Part shown: one piece after another, positions 1-17,531 of the stretch | Numbering within the stretch: the stretch's first letter is position 1 | How the letters are laid out: each line of letters opens with the position of its first letter | Origin: Amoebidium appalachense | Taxonomy: Eukaryota > Protista > Ichthyosporea | DNA length: 64,000 nucleotides | Assembly (NCBI GenBank): GCA_963693365.1 | Contig: CAVNZM010000006.1 | Span: 2,480,001-2,544,000 of the forward strand | Reading direction: 5' to 3' | Position numbers and translations under genes: made by a program | Notes under the pieces: model-generated | Told to the model about the DNA's origin: nothing | The model's database searches: none | What the model saw: the letters and a program-made list of their open reading frames with translations, nothing else

Positions 1-4399
<4,399 letters not shown>

Positions 4400-5266
4400 G
4401 GTGAATGGAGGCAAACGCCTGGGGTGTGCTTGTATGTAAAGCAGGTGTGTGTGTGGTGCGCTAAGCAAGATTGTTGAGAAAAATGGGCCCCTTTAGAGTT
4501 TGTGTAACTAAAGCGACACTTTCACTGCGTGGGGTAATGAGGATGTTGGCGTGACTGGCAGATTGTAACTCTACTTGAGGTGATCTGGTGTCGAGAGCAA
4601 AGCAACCCTACTGCAACCACCCAAACAGCCTGAACCATTGGTTTGTATCACTACAAAAGAGCGTGCGGGGGAATGGAGGAAGGACACTGCTGACTAATGA
4701 TGTCACTACTATCATATGTAAAGTGCAACACTATGGCATGTATAGCACACTGCTATCACATGTAAAGTACACTACTATGACATGTACAGTAAAGTACACT
4801 ACTATGACATGTACAGACATGCGCGGGGAGGGCAGAGCATCTCGGAGTTCTCAGTGGAGATATCACGCCGGCTGCCTGGTAGGCGGTAGTGCAGCATTAC
4901 GTGATTGACTCAATCAAGCTGATTGGTTTACAGCGCATCTCTCTGCAGAGTATTGGTGCACACATTGGGCAAACATACTTCTTTTTATTGGTGAAGGCGT
5001 CACCTCGTGTGGGTAACTGGGACTCAAACGAAAATTCAGAAAATTTTGATGGTATTTTTTCAAGCCCCGATGTATTTTGGGTTTCGGGTTATGGTATTTT
5101 TCGTACCATGTCATTTGGCGGGGCACTGTTTGCGCAATCTAACCTCGGGAGTTGGCTCCATTTCTTGCGGGCATGTCTTATGAGGGGCGTGCGCGTACGC
5201 GCAGATGTGTGTATGTGATGCGTCGTGTTTTATAATATATATGTGCATATGTGTTTGTGTGGGTTG

Positions 5267-5561
<295 letters not shown>

Positions 5562-6564
5562 TCTGTCTCTCGACTCTCTCTTTCTCTCGGCTCTCTCCCT
5601 CCCTTTAGCTCTCTGGAGCTCCCGGGCCCCAGCACAGGTCAATCTAACTTGAATAGATGGTGACGCACGCAAAGTGGGACTCAACAACGTTGATAAATAG
5701 CATCAGCATTCTCCAGCAATACTATGGCAGAAAGAAATAAATAATGGGGCGTACACCCCTCCCATATTTATAAATAAAAAGGTGCACTACCAATAAATTA
5801 AGTAATAGTGTGTACCGATTGATATTTCTGTTTGTCGGACTCGGGCCCTGGCCGATTCCATGGTGGTGGCCTACGATAGCCATATATGGTTATTAAGCAT
5901 CGTAATGATTGGATTTAACATTTGCTGCTTCTGGCTTCCGGTTGGCCCCCTGAATGTATCAGGAATTATCTCGAGATCAGGCTGCCTGCAGATGCATGCA
6001 GTTTGTGTTACAGTTGCCATGTAGTTGTGCATTGCACTGCTGACGTTAGGAGCAGAAACACAGTAGGGCTTGTTGCAGTCGTGAAATGGGGCCCAAAATA
6101 CCTGCGGGCCCCTCCCGGCCTCCTCCTGTTGCAAGTTCAACTGGTCAGGCAGACCGTAGATACAGGCAGCTGCAACCTTCACAACGCACTATAGGGGATT
6201 TCTTGCCCGTTTTTCTCGGAGGGAAAGTTAATAAACCCGAGAAAACGGGCATGACAACACACCCACGCCCCTCACGTCAGGTATCCGACCAGGACAAGGA
6301 ATCAGATTGCTCACCATCACGAATTAGGTCATCCATAAACACCATTAGTTCAAATGACGGAAACGAATCCAGCCCCTTAGGGCCTGTTTGGCAGCACCCC
6401 AATAATCGTATTCGTATTTAGGCCCTAAATACGATCTACCGTATTTACAAAATTTGTCGTGGTATGCGTATTTAGGGCCTAAATACGGTTGGTGCCTTCC
6501 AAACGCTGTCAGGCGTGACTGGTCACATAAAATGTCGATACATGTTCACGAGATCTGATTGGCC

Positions 6565-6597
6565 CACGGCCATCTAGGGTGTTTCTAGATGGCCGTG
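6565..6597. mobile_element. 33-bp TIR micro-element with 8-bp TSD (hAT-like), nested in the MITE
   Basis: CACGGCCATCTAG-ggtgttt-CTAGATGGCCGTG (perfect 13-bp inverted repeats) is flanked by the direct repeat GATTGGCC at 6557-6564 and 6598-6605. Confidence 0.7.
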
Positions 6598-7277
6598 GAT
6601 TGGCCCTATTCGCACCCATTGATCATCCTTCGGTATTTAGTATTCCATGCATATAGGCTGGTGCAGCTGTTGTCAGTATTACAGCGAACGGCAAAAACGA
6701 GTCACCGACAGTGAGCCTTGCTCTGTTTAACAATAGGTTAGAATGTCTGATATTGAAGGGATACTGCCAGTAATTGCGGTGGCTAGCCTTGCTAGAGACC
6801 TCGTTTTACATCACCAACGTTCGTCCCTGGCATTCCCCACATATCTGAACACATAGTGAGTGTTAAGATTTGTCCTTGTCTATGCAGTACTCGTGGTGCC
6901 TGCATGTCACCGAGTTGTTTGTACATGTACATTTGATTGTTTTTATTAATGCATATATCGGAGTCCAGTATTGTTTCAATGATTATTATTGCATATATAT
7001 ATATATATATATATACAGTCTGAGCTTGTGATCATGCACCGTGTAGGGTTCCTCGTCCTCTGTCTTACCTGTGCAGCCCAAATTCATGTGCCAATTTTAA
7101 CTGAGCATGTACACAAAATGACGTGTATGACACCGACCTTTTTTTAACAGTGAATTGTTCACGTGCATGCGCTGGCATGCGTACTGTAGTAAAAATGTGC
7201 CCTCCGCGGCTTTCGCTGTACCATTGGCTAGCTGATAGCCAATTAATGATGCGAAATGCTCTGATTGGCTAATTTCC

Positions 7278-7331
7278 TATATCGTATTTACGAAAATCAC
7301 CTCCGGAGGTGATTTTCGTAAATACGATATA
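7278..7331. repeat. Perfect 54-bp palindrome inside the MITE
   Basis: tatatcgtatttacgaaaatcacctcc|ggaggtgattttcgtaaatacgatata. Confidence 0.9.
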
Positions 7332-7709
7332 AAAGCGATCCCTATCGTATTTACAAAAAATAAAAGCCCGCGGCGTGTTTGGCATGCCACGGGATCGTAT
7401 ACGTATTTAGGCCCTAAATACGAATACGATAAAAAACCGTATTTAGCGCGCTACCAAACAGGCCCTTAGCAGATCTAGAAGGGCCTTTTTCCCCTGCACG
7501 CACACACAGTGCAAGCAAATCACCCTCCGAGATTCACACCCCTAATAGAGACCCACACACGACCGCGCCCACAGCCAAATCACCATCCCCCGCAATCACC
7601 CCGCCATCAGCCAAACCACCAACCCCCCAACGCAAATCCACACCCGCAGCCCAAACTTCGACCCCACCACGCAAATCCACACCGGTACCCACAGCCCAAC
7701 CACCGACCC

Positions 7710-8017
7710 GTGTGTGTGTGTGTGTATGTGTTTGTTTGTGTGAGTGTGTGTACATGTGTGTGTGTGTGTGCAGTGTGCGTGCAGTGTATGTGTATGTGTG
7801 TGAGTGTGTGTGTGTGTACATGATGTGTGTGTGTGACGGTGTGTACATGTGTATGTGTGTTTGTCAGGGCTGATCAGTACGGGGGACGGGCGTGTACATG
7901 TGTGTGTGTATCATGATGTGTGTGTATGCCATGATGTTTGATACGGTGTGTGTCAGTGTGTGTGTACGGTGTGTGTCACAGTGTGTGTGTGTGTGTGTGC
8001 GTGTGTGTGTGTCTGTG

Positions 8018-8070
<53 letters not shown>

Positions 8071-8128
8071 TATGTGTGTGTGCGTCACGGTCACAGTGTG
8101 TGTGTGTCACGTGTGTTTGTTTGTGTGT

Positions 8129-8167
<39 letters not shown>

Positions 8168-8586
8168 TGTGTGTGTGTGTGTTTGTGTGTGTGCGTGTAC
8201 GTGAGTGTGTGTGTGCATGTGTGTGTGTGTGTTAACGTGTGTACATATGTGTGTGCGTGTCAGTCAGTCACGGTGGGTGTGTGTTACAGTGTGTGGCGAG
8301 CGTGTAAGTGTGGTGTGTGTGGATGGGTGGGTGGGTGTATGTGTGTGTGCTCTGTGTGTGTGTCACGTGTGTGTACTAGTATGGCAGTGTGTGACGGTGT
8401 GTGCCGGTGTGTACGCTTGTACAACACTGTGTGTGTGTGCCACAGTGTCACGTCCGTGAGTATATACCATATGTGTGCCGTGTACATGTGTGTCTGTGTA
8501 CGTGTGGGCCGGAGTACTAGCTGTGTGCGTGTCTGTGTACATGTGTGTGTGTGTGTGTGCCACGGTGTGTGAAGGTGTGTGTGTGT

Positions 8587-8620
<34 letters not shown>

Positions 8621-8824
8621 CGTTGCCACACGCGCACGAGCGCACACGTGCACGTGCACACAACTTTTCACACACATGCACACAAACACACACGCGTGGA
8701 CACACACACACACACCGCGCATACAAAAACAAACGGCACCGCACACAGGCACACACGCGCATGCGCACGCACGGGCACACACACACACACACAAGTACAC
8801 ATGCGCACAAATCGCGCGCGCATG

Positions 8825-8855
<31 letters not shown>

Positions 8856-9072
8856 ACATGTACACACACACACGCACACACACACACACACACATGTACA
8901 CACACACACACACACTGTCACACACACACACGCACACACACACACACAGTAACACAGTACGCACACACACATACACACACGAACACACGTGCGCGCACAC
9001 ACACACACACACACACATACACACACACACACAGCACACACACACACACACACACACGCAACACACACAAAC

Positions 9073-9109
<37 letters not shown>

Positions 9110-9183
9110 TACAGGCACGCACACACATACACGGACGCACACATAGCACACACACACACACACCGTGGCACACACACACACAC
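7710..9183. repeat. Degenerate (GT)n block followed by a (CA)n block (quasi-palindromic microsatellite field)
   Basis: GT-rich from ~7710 to 8620, switching abruptly to CA-rich from ~8626 to 9183. Confidence 0.85.
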
Positions 9184-9301
9184 GTGGCGCCACTACTTTG
9201 GAATATCCGTATCATTTGATGCCTATATACGTATGATATATCATGGTTTACCACATGTGTTGTGTTATAATACGCAGCCATATGCATGGGGGCCGGGCGG
9301 G

Positions 9302-9350
<49 letters not shown>

Positions 9351-9519
9351 CTTACCATGTCTTACCATGAAACCTCGGGAGGCTTACCATGAACCGAAAT
9401 TTTGTTGGTATTTTCAAATGTTTCTGGGTATTTTTTACCGTAAAAACGGGGTTATGGTCGGGCTTTAGCGAGAAGTCCGCAGACACACTGTTGCACAGAA
9501 TCATTGAATACCGGCGTAC

Positions 9520-9641
9520 GTGTGTACATAGCGATTTGTGCCTGCATGTGTGCCTGTGCACTCATAATTGCTTGCTGACGTGTGTGTACATAGCGATTTG
9601 TCCCTGCTTGTGTGCCTGTGCACTCATAATTGCTTGCTGAC
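9520..9641. repeat. Tandem duplication of ~61 bp
   Basis: gtgtgtacatagcgatttgt.cctgc.tgtgtgcctgtgcactcataattgcttgctgacg occurs twice. Confidence 0.9.
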
Positions 9642-10408
9642 GTCACGGTCTGCTTGTGTGTACCGGCTTAGTGCACCGCCGGGTGTCCTACGTGTCCCTG
9701 CTCCAAGGCTTTGTACCCGCTGGCTTACGAAAAGGGGGCCCTACGTGTGGTTGCATGGATCGACCTGCTTGCCTGGGGTGTGCGTTTGACGATGTATGTG
9801 TTTGCCTTAATGTGTATGCTTCTGTATGTCTACGCTTACGCAAAGTATATATGCTTTTTGGTCACTCTTATGTCAAGTGCGCCCAAGCTTGCAAATTTCG
9901 AACATAATTATATATTGGCAGGCAAACATTTACATGCTTTCACACAGACAGGCACACAAGCACACACACGGGAGAGAGACAGCCTGTAACGCACACATTC
10001 ATGCACACGCACACTCACAGGCACACATAAATGTACACAGAGAGTCAGGCATATGTGTACAAGTATGCACACACAGCTAGACAGACAAACACGTGAAGCA
10101 AAGGTGCAGACAAGGGATGTTCCGTTGTAGGTCCAGCTTTCTCTCTCTCGAGCTAATTTATCATCAAGGTGCTGTATGGACACAGCATCCCTGAGGCGCA
10201 AAAAGATACGAAACCCGCATCTGCTGGCATCGCCCGAAACGAATCTTCCTTGCTGTTGAACAACCACTTGTGTAGACATGCACAACTGTGACCCTCCAAC
10301 AGCTAACAACACATCCAAAATTCCTGAGTGGATATAAATGTCACTCGGATACTAAGCCATCTGCTTCTAAACCATACAACGAGGCTGTGCACATGTCAAT
10401 GCGCATGC

Positions 10409-10443
<35 letters not shown>

Positions 10444-10749
10444 TGTGTGTGTGCGTGCGCGCGCACGTTTATTTGTGTGTGTGTGTGGCCAGGGGAACTC
10501 AGAAATCAGCTTCTAAAACTGCAGCACTCGTTCTGCGCAAATTTTCGCCCCCTTCCACCCATGCACACTGCCTCACTGGGCCCTCCCAACCACCCCCACC
10601 CAAGTACACTGAATTATCCCCCTCCTCCCAATCCCCCCCCACACACACACACACACTGAACTACCCCCCCCCCCCCAAAAAAAATAAAAAAATAAAAACC
10701 CACCCACGCATTTTGAAACTGACAACATTCCTGAAGTAGAAAGTGTGCC

Positions 10750-12575
10750 CAACATTCACCCATAGTGATATTGCAGAAATGTGTTTGTGCTTGCGCGGTT
10801 AAGGGGGTTGTACGTGTCGGTAATCAATGACATCGCCCGTGCGCCTGAGTCACCCACAAACCACTGGCACCCAGTTCTCCCTCAGCCTGTTTCTAGTGGC
10901 CAGCTCGAAGATCGCAACATTGTGGTAGTTGTCCATCCGATTTGCGTCCACTTTTATGTACACTCTCTTTTTCTGATTCTCCCGCAGCTGTTTTTCGGTG
11001 ATTTTCCGTGCTGCTGCAACGTAACTTTTCTGCTGGCTGGTCGTGTAACAGGGATCGAGAATGTCGGCGCCAAAGGATCTGAGGATCCAGTTCATGGTGT
11101 AGGCGGTGTGGACGGTAGCGGGGGTGGAACACGCCTTTGCCATTTGGTGAAAGTCACGTACGTGGATGTAGTCACACAAGTTGGACCATGACATGGTTGC
11201 GGGTTTCATAGCCGCAATTTCAGCAACTGTCCTCTCGGTGCTGGTGGTCTGGACTTCTGCGTGGCGCAGCGAAACCAAAACATGGCCCTCGCGCAGTAAC
11301 TGCCTAAGCCGCTCCATACACGTGGTGAGATGGCGGGATATGGCTTCCATAAGAGGACGGGTGCTGGTGCGCAAAACACTCGTGGTATTCACCGCATGAA
11401 CAACGGACTCGCTCAGCGCAAGGGGTTCTGCACCCGGAGGACAGCCGAACATGGTCAAGTTACCGTATTTGGGCGGGGATTTGCCGTCGAAGGAAATTTC
11501 ACCCGTCAGCAGGTATCGTGCCAGGGCCATTCTATCCTCCCTCTGTGTGAGTGTGCCGACGGCCACATATGGGGTGTTCACCCAGTGCCTCCCCTCCCAC
11601 TGTCTCCTTGCTTAATCCGCGCTTAACACCCCGGCCCCCGGCTGTGCCCAGTATGCAACATAGCACAAAACGTCGGGCGAAAAACCGTGCTCGTCGTTTC
11701 TTATTGCCATCTTTCTGGCTGCGAGTTGGACATGGGCCAATGCTTCCTCCCCCCACGTGGACGAATACCCGACCTCGAGTGCGTGCTTTACCACATCCTC
11801 CCCACAGTCCTTCAACACCTCCACCACTACAGCCCATTTCGCAGCGCAAAATGGACTCGTGTCGTAGCCCACAAACCGAACTGGGCTCGCCTTTGACTCG
11901 CCCACCAACTCGGCCTCCAGAAGAATGCTCAAATCGCAGAATCCAACAGCGACATGTGTCTTCCCGCGTGGAATAGAGACATGGAAGGGTAACCCTGTGT
12001 TCTGCCGAGCACCTGGATTGTACACACCTAGTGGCCGCCTGTCCCACACCTCGCCCACCTTGGCGCTGCGGACAAACTCATGCACAGTGCGAAGATCATT
12101 CGTTGCCCACCTCTTTAGCAGTATGCTCTCCTGCGCCTAGGCCCTTTCAGTTGTGGGTGCCATCTCGCTAAGCTGCCACGTTTCCATCAGCAGCTGTGCG
12201 TGTGTAGGTGGGGCAGGTCTGTGCGTACTCCTCGTGGTAGTGCACACAGGGGGTGAGCATGTGCGGGGCCGCAAGAGTGAACATGCGGTGCACCCCTGCC
12301 GTTTCATTGCGCTGCAACGACCCTTTCTCCTGGTACTTTGTGAACTCTTCCTCTGTAAGACCCTTCTCTCGCTTCTGCCCAGCACTACTGCTTGGCGTCT
12401 TTGGTTCAGAGGAACCGGACGGGGTTTTAGTGCATGTTTTCTTGTGCTTTGGCCAGTGTGCCTTCTGGCAGTCTTTGTTGCAGTAGCGCGCTGTTTGGCA
12501 AACGGTGCACCGTTTGAGCGTGCTGCCTGACGCAGGCTCTCGCCCGCAGGCAAAGCAAATCTCGGGGGCATACAT
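10750..12575 (-). pseudogene. Intronless MYND zinc-finger protein with an uncharacterised C-terminal domain, disrupted
   Basis: N-terminal CFACG...LKRCTVCQTARYCNKDCQKAHWPKHKKTC is a zf-MYND. Protein-like sequence continues through ORFs 12137-12571, 11612-12085 and 10850-11581 in one frame, interrupted by TAG (12137-12139) and TAA (11612-11614). Apparent +1 frameshifts lie near 12212 and ~10865. Confidence 0.75.
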
Positions 12576-14696
12576 TGTCGTTAGGGGGAGAAAACTTGTA
12601 AACTAAAAATGTCTGTGGTGATGGGAGGGAAACTTGAAAGGTAATATGATAGTAGCTTCAGTTCGGAGACCAGCAAGAATGTTCTCGTTTGCAACAGCTG
12701 CCACACTGGCAGCAAGCAGTTGAGGACTCCTATTGTAGATGGAACTGTCATGAGCAAGTGATACAACGTAACGTAGTCTGGGTTGAAAATTTATGACTCA
12801 TCACTTTCAAAGTCTTGCGCAAATATACTTTTTCCAATTGGTGGAGGCATCACCCTTTAGTTGCAGGTGCGGGCGCCGGGTGCGCAAGAAAAAGTTTTGT
12901 GGAGAGAGGCTGGGCCTGAAGTTGGTCGCGTATACCTACGTATACTTAGCTGTCAGATGACCGGGCTCTGCAGAGCTGCTCTGAGCCCTCCTGTGCTGTA
13001 TAACTTCATAGCAGTCCGTGCACGCAAAAGGCACCAAAAAAATAGTATGTGGGTATGCGTGTATGAGCATAGCATCCGTGAACACGTGTGTGTACACGTG
13101 CACTCACAATCTAGGGTGCCACCGTTTGCTTTATCCATCCAGTTACGTGCATCATGCAGATCTCTGCAGATCTATAGGTGTGGATGCCCGTGATTACATT
13201 GGCCAGCATGTGGCTTGTCGTTGTGCGGCGCGTGCCCCATTGTGTACCCCATAAATGTGTGCGAACACTGTGTATACATCAGCTCACGTACGTGTGTGCG
13301 ACCATCCGTGCGTGGTGTCTGCCAAAGCGCAGCGCAGAATGTCAGCGTAACCCGCTCAGCTCCGACACTGAACGGCACTAAAACGTACGGTATAGTGTCA
13401 CCTGGTAAGGCTTTTAGTTAACCATCCTAGTTTGTAGCGACGCTCAAACCCCCCCCCCCCCCCCCCTCCTCGAGCTCCTCCTCCCCTCCCCCACCAGACA
13501 GAATGTGCTACCAAGAACATACTCTTTGACTTATTACTTGGAAGCCCTTGCATAGGGGTGGGGGAGCCCGGGGGTATGTCTGAGCTAGCAGGGTGGGGGG
13601 AGGGGAGGGGAGGGGGGATAATCAGGGTTGTCTGAGTGTGTAGGTTGGCGGTGTGTCAAGAACAGATCAAGAGAACACGTCAACTGTTCTGGTACAGTGT
13701 TTTGGTTTTGTGCCACTCATCACTAGCCCAGAATCGTTATTCTTTCGTTTTCTCACTTTTGCCCTGTGGCAGTGCAGGAAGCTTGCCAGCGAGTTGAAGT
13801 CTTTGCGTAGACTTTTGCCAGGTTCTGGAAGTCACGAACAGGTTGGGGCCCCCCTCCCCTCCCCCCTCCCCCCTCCCCTCCTGTCTCCTGCCTCCCCTTG
13901 AATTTTCCCTCGACTTCACTTAGAACGCAAGCTCAGGCACAATCTTGCCATTCTCCGAACCCACAATCTGGTTGCCCCTTGCATCTACCTTCCTATACTG
14001 TGCAGCACACACTCTATTGAATGAAAATTGTCGACTTCGGCATCCCTGCATTTCAACTGACTCACAGTTCACTTGCGTACAAGCACTTTGAAGTGAACCA
14101 ACGACACTGTTTCTTTCCAATTTTTCAACCCCCTCCCCCGCCCCCCTTCTTTGTCCCCAATGCACACCCGCTTATACCCTCTTTTCCCCGTTCTCTTGTT
14201 CGCTTTTCTGCACTCTGCCCCACTTCAAAACATGTATCTCCTTCCGTTTCTTCCTATTCGGGCTCCTGCCATAATCGTCTTTGTTTGCTTTTGCTTTCCT
14301 TACGTTCTTTCCTGGCCTTGCTACCCAGCGTCGGATTCTTGACCTTTGCTTACAACCAGCCATAAATATGCTAGTACGGAATGTTCTCGGCCCTTTTCCA
14401 TTTCGCCTGCTTTCCATCCTCTATCCTACCACCCTCCATCTTTTCTCCTATTTTACAGCGGCCCTCCCTTTCTTCCCGTTTTATACAAACACACACGCAC
14501 ACACGCCCATACCGCGCTCGCCTGCGCGCACATACACACGCAAACGCATACGCACACGCACACGCATACGCACACGCACGAGCACGAGCACATGGTCATG
14601 CACGAGTACACGCACACCAATACGCACACGTGCACGCGCACACACACACACACACATACACACACACACACGCTCACCCACTCACCCACTCACTCA

Positions 14697-14767
<71 letters not shown>

Positions 14768-15355
14768 CACAACCTCACCGTTTGGGCTCTTGTGTGCACT
14801 TGTATTTACGGGGGGGGGGGGGGGGGGGGGGGGGGGATTTCTTGTTTACGTTTGCGTGGATATACAGCATGATACTTACGGCATGTGTGCACCATGCCGT
14901 TTAACTCCGTTTAATTTGGTTGTGGTGGTGGGTGGGGAAGCCGGGGAGGGGAGGGGGTTCCTGTCTATTTTTAGAACACGTTTGCGACATCATGATGATG
15001 TAACCACCTTGAAGGGAAACCAATCATATGCTTCCAAAGGGCGGCAAGAAGAAGGTTTTGTAAAGTATTGTGATTGGGTCATTACAGCCTATTAGCTCAC
15101 TTTAGTAAATTAACAAAGATTGAAGCCCGGAAAATGATTTATAATATCATTTATCCATCTGACCACTTAGCTGGCCGGGCTCATGCATGCATTCACCCTA
15201 CATTCAACCCACCCACGAACATTTTCAGTTTGCCGTCGCTTTCGCAGCTGCAGTGTGAAAACTCCGCGAAACTCAAGCATTGAACGCGCAAAAAACGAAC
15301 AAACACTCTCTATCACCACACACACACCTTCAAACTCTTTCTAGCATCTTCTAAA

Positions 15356-15647
15356 ATGGCGCACCTTTGCCGTCTTTCCATCCAGATGGACACCAAGGCC
15401 ACGGACCTGCTTGGTGGCGCCTATGGCTCTGTGGACGTGTGCGACCCTTTTGTCGTGAAGGGACGAGGCTTTGCCGTCAAACGCGTGCATGGCGACCGGG
15501 GGAGCATGCAGGCGCAGGTGGATGCTGGCTATTCGGACTGCAAGCGCGAGTTCGAGGTGGTGGCTGCCGTTCCCCTCCACCCAAACGTCCTGCTGCCCCG
15601 CGGCAGTCTCAACTTACGACAAGACACTGTCTGGAAACCCCATACCG
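15356..15647 (+). CDS. Protein kinase N-lobe exon (subdomains I-IV); C-lobe not found
   Basis: LLGGAYGSV (Gly loop), FAVKR (VAIK lysine), KREFE (helix C Glu) and HPNVL are present. The exon ends at the donor CCG|gtgagt. Confidence 0.65.
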
Positions 15648-15658
15648 GTGAGTGGAGA

Positions 15659-15998
15659 ATGTTTTTGTTCGTGCTTTTGGAGTGATGGTAGGGTTTTGGT
15701 ATGTTGTGAAGCCGGGGGTTAGGCTTACCTAGCGTTATAGGTCGCTAAAGAGAGACCACAAATTCGAGTCCCCATGATCATGATATGCAGCAAGCAACAT
15801 GCATATGTACCGTACTCTTGGAAAATATGTTTGCCAGTTGTTTGTTCGTGCTTTTGGAGGGATGGTAAGGTTTTGGTACGTTGGGAAGCTAGGGTGCGGC
15901 GTAACTAGCGTTGTATGGCTCTGAAAGAGCTCAAAAGCTTAAACACAATGTCATTGATCATGATGCGCAGAAGTCAACATGTTTGAGTACGTTTTGGT
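15659..15998. repeat. Diverged tandem duplication of ~178 bp in the first kinase intron
   Basis: tttgttcgtgcttttggag.gatggta.ggttttggta.gttg.gaagc... starts at ~15664 and ~15841. Confidence 0.85.
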
Positions 15999-16200
15999 TC
16001 ACTATTTTTAGGTGATTTGGGTGTTCTTGACTGTTCTTTATTGTCAACATTTCTTTTTATCGTTCAAAAATTTGGTAAGCGTGCGGACTGAAGGGAGGGG
16101 GCGCTGGAATTTTTTTTGGGGGGGAGGGGGGAGAAACCATGTGTATATGCCTTCCTTTGGGGTGGTGAGAACACGTGTGCTGATTGGTGACTCCACACAG

Positions 16201-17463
16201 ACCCCTTCCAAAGGGTGATGATGACTGGGATTCACCAGGCAATCAGATGGAGGCAGAGGAGGAGGGTCCGGGTGACGTCATTGAGGACGATGAAAGGTAG
16301 GCATCTGATTGGCCCAGCACATAAAAGGAAATGGATTTGGAGGCATGGAACACGAGAGAAGGATAAAGAACATACAAAACGAAGGAATGGAATTTCGAGA
16401 AACTTTGAAAAGGTACGGAGAATTAGAAACCATATGAGTCTGAAAAAGAATAGGAGACAAAAAACACAAGGGAGGAACCAAGAACATGCAAAACGATGGA
16501 ATGGAATTTGAGAAAGAAAAGAAAACCAAACTAGAAATCATACGAGACGGAAAGAATAGGAAACAAAAAACACGAGGGAGGAATAAATAATATAGGAAAC
16601 TTAGGAATGAAGTGTCTAGAGAGAAACGACGAGAAAGGAGTAGAAACCTTTGGAGACTGAAAGAATGTATATGGAGACACCAAACACGAGAACGGAAAAG
16701 ACACCACATCTGTCCATTCTTTGCACCCTTTAATTGCCTCAAGCCGTGCCCTGTGATGTGTAGCTTTACGTTTTTTAAACTATTTCTGACCAGAGGACAC
16801 CCCACAGCCCTCTGCCTGCCAGCACTAGCCATGGGGCAGAAGAGGACGACACCAAGCCCCCATCGGCCAATCAAAAGAGGACACGTGACAGTGATGACGT
16901 CACCGAGATGGGGCCATGCCATAAAAGGTAATGTGGCTGCTGGCTGGCCTATTTTTAGACAAGTATGGGCCCACGTGGTGTGGGTGGGTTAGAAAGAGAA
17001 GATTGTATTGTTTACAGGGTGGATGGCTGCATGCAGATCGCCTGAACACGTGGTGTGAATGGAGGGACACATGGGGACACACACACACACACGCACATGC
17101 ACGTACACGAGGCTCACAGGTACACACACACATACACAGGCACTCACCCTTTACCCCACCCAGAGGCACTGCCAGGATTCCCAACAAGACAATGAAGATG
17201 CAGTGAACGCAGCTTCTGAGAGGTAACGTCTTTCCCCCTCCCCCCCAACCTTCGCCCCCACTGCCCCTCCCCCTCCCCCCCCTCCCCCTCTCCCCCCCCC
17301 CCCCCCCCCCCCCCTTCTCTTCCCCAGAGAGGGGGGAGGGGGGAGGGAAGAAGAAAGTTAACAAAAGTAATCAAGGAAAATTAAAGGTAAATAGACTGAT
17401 CAGTTCAATGAAGGGAAAGAAAGGAGGGAAAGCAGAGAGCAAACAGGCACTCAGGTAAAACAA

Positions 17464-17531
<68 letters not shown>

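Larger units (their letters stand above)
6380..7465. mobile_element. PIF/Harbinger (Tourist-like) non-autonomous MITE, ~1.09 kb
   Basis: TIRs GGGCCTGTTTGG (6380) and CCAAACAGGCCC (ending 7465) are flanked by TTA on both sides (6377-6379, 7466-7468). Many subterminal CGTATTTA/TAAATACG motifs occur at both ends. No transposase ORF. Confidence 0.88.

Noticed and set aside
5871-6250. 103-aa minus-strand ORF and adjacent hairpin at 6204-6251
   Set aside because: No recognisable motif, start or splice partners, and the hairpin lacks a TSD.
9191-9205. CACTA transposon terminus (cactactttgg)
   Set aside because: No matching inverted end or 3-bp TSD was found in the window.
11612-12139. In-frame TAA and TAG in the MYND gene as evidence of a TAR=Gln genetic code
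   Set aside because: The conserved exons of BZW, LAP, SYF1 and the transferrin-like gene contain no in-frame TAR. LAP ends at TAG and the transferrin-like gene at TAA, both at plausible C-termini. A pseudogene is simpler.
14021-14100. MKIVDFG kinase subdomain VII-like peptide
   Set aside because: It is preceded by an in-frame stop, lacks HRD/APE context, and lies upstream of the N-lobe exon. Chance or an unprovable relic.
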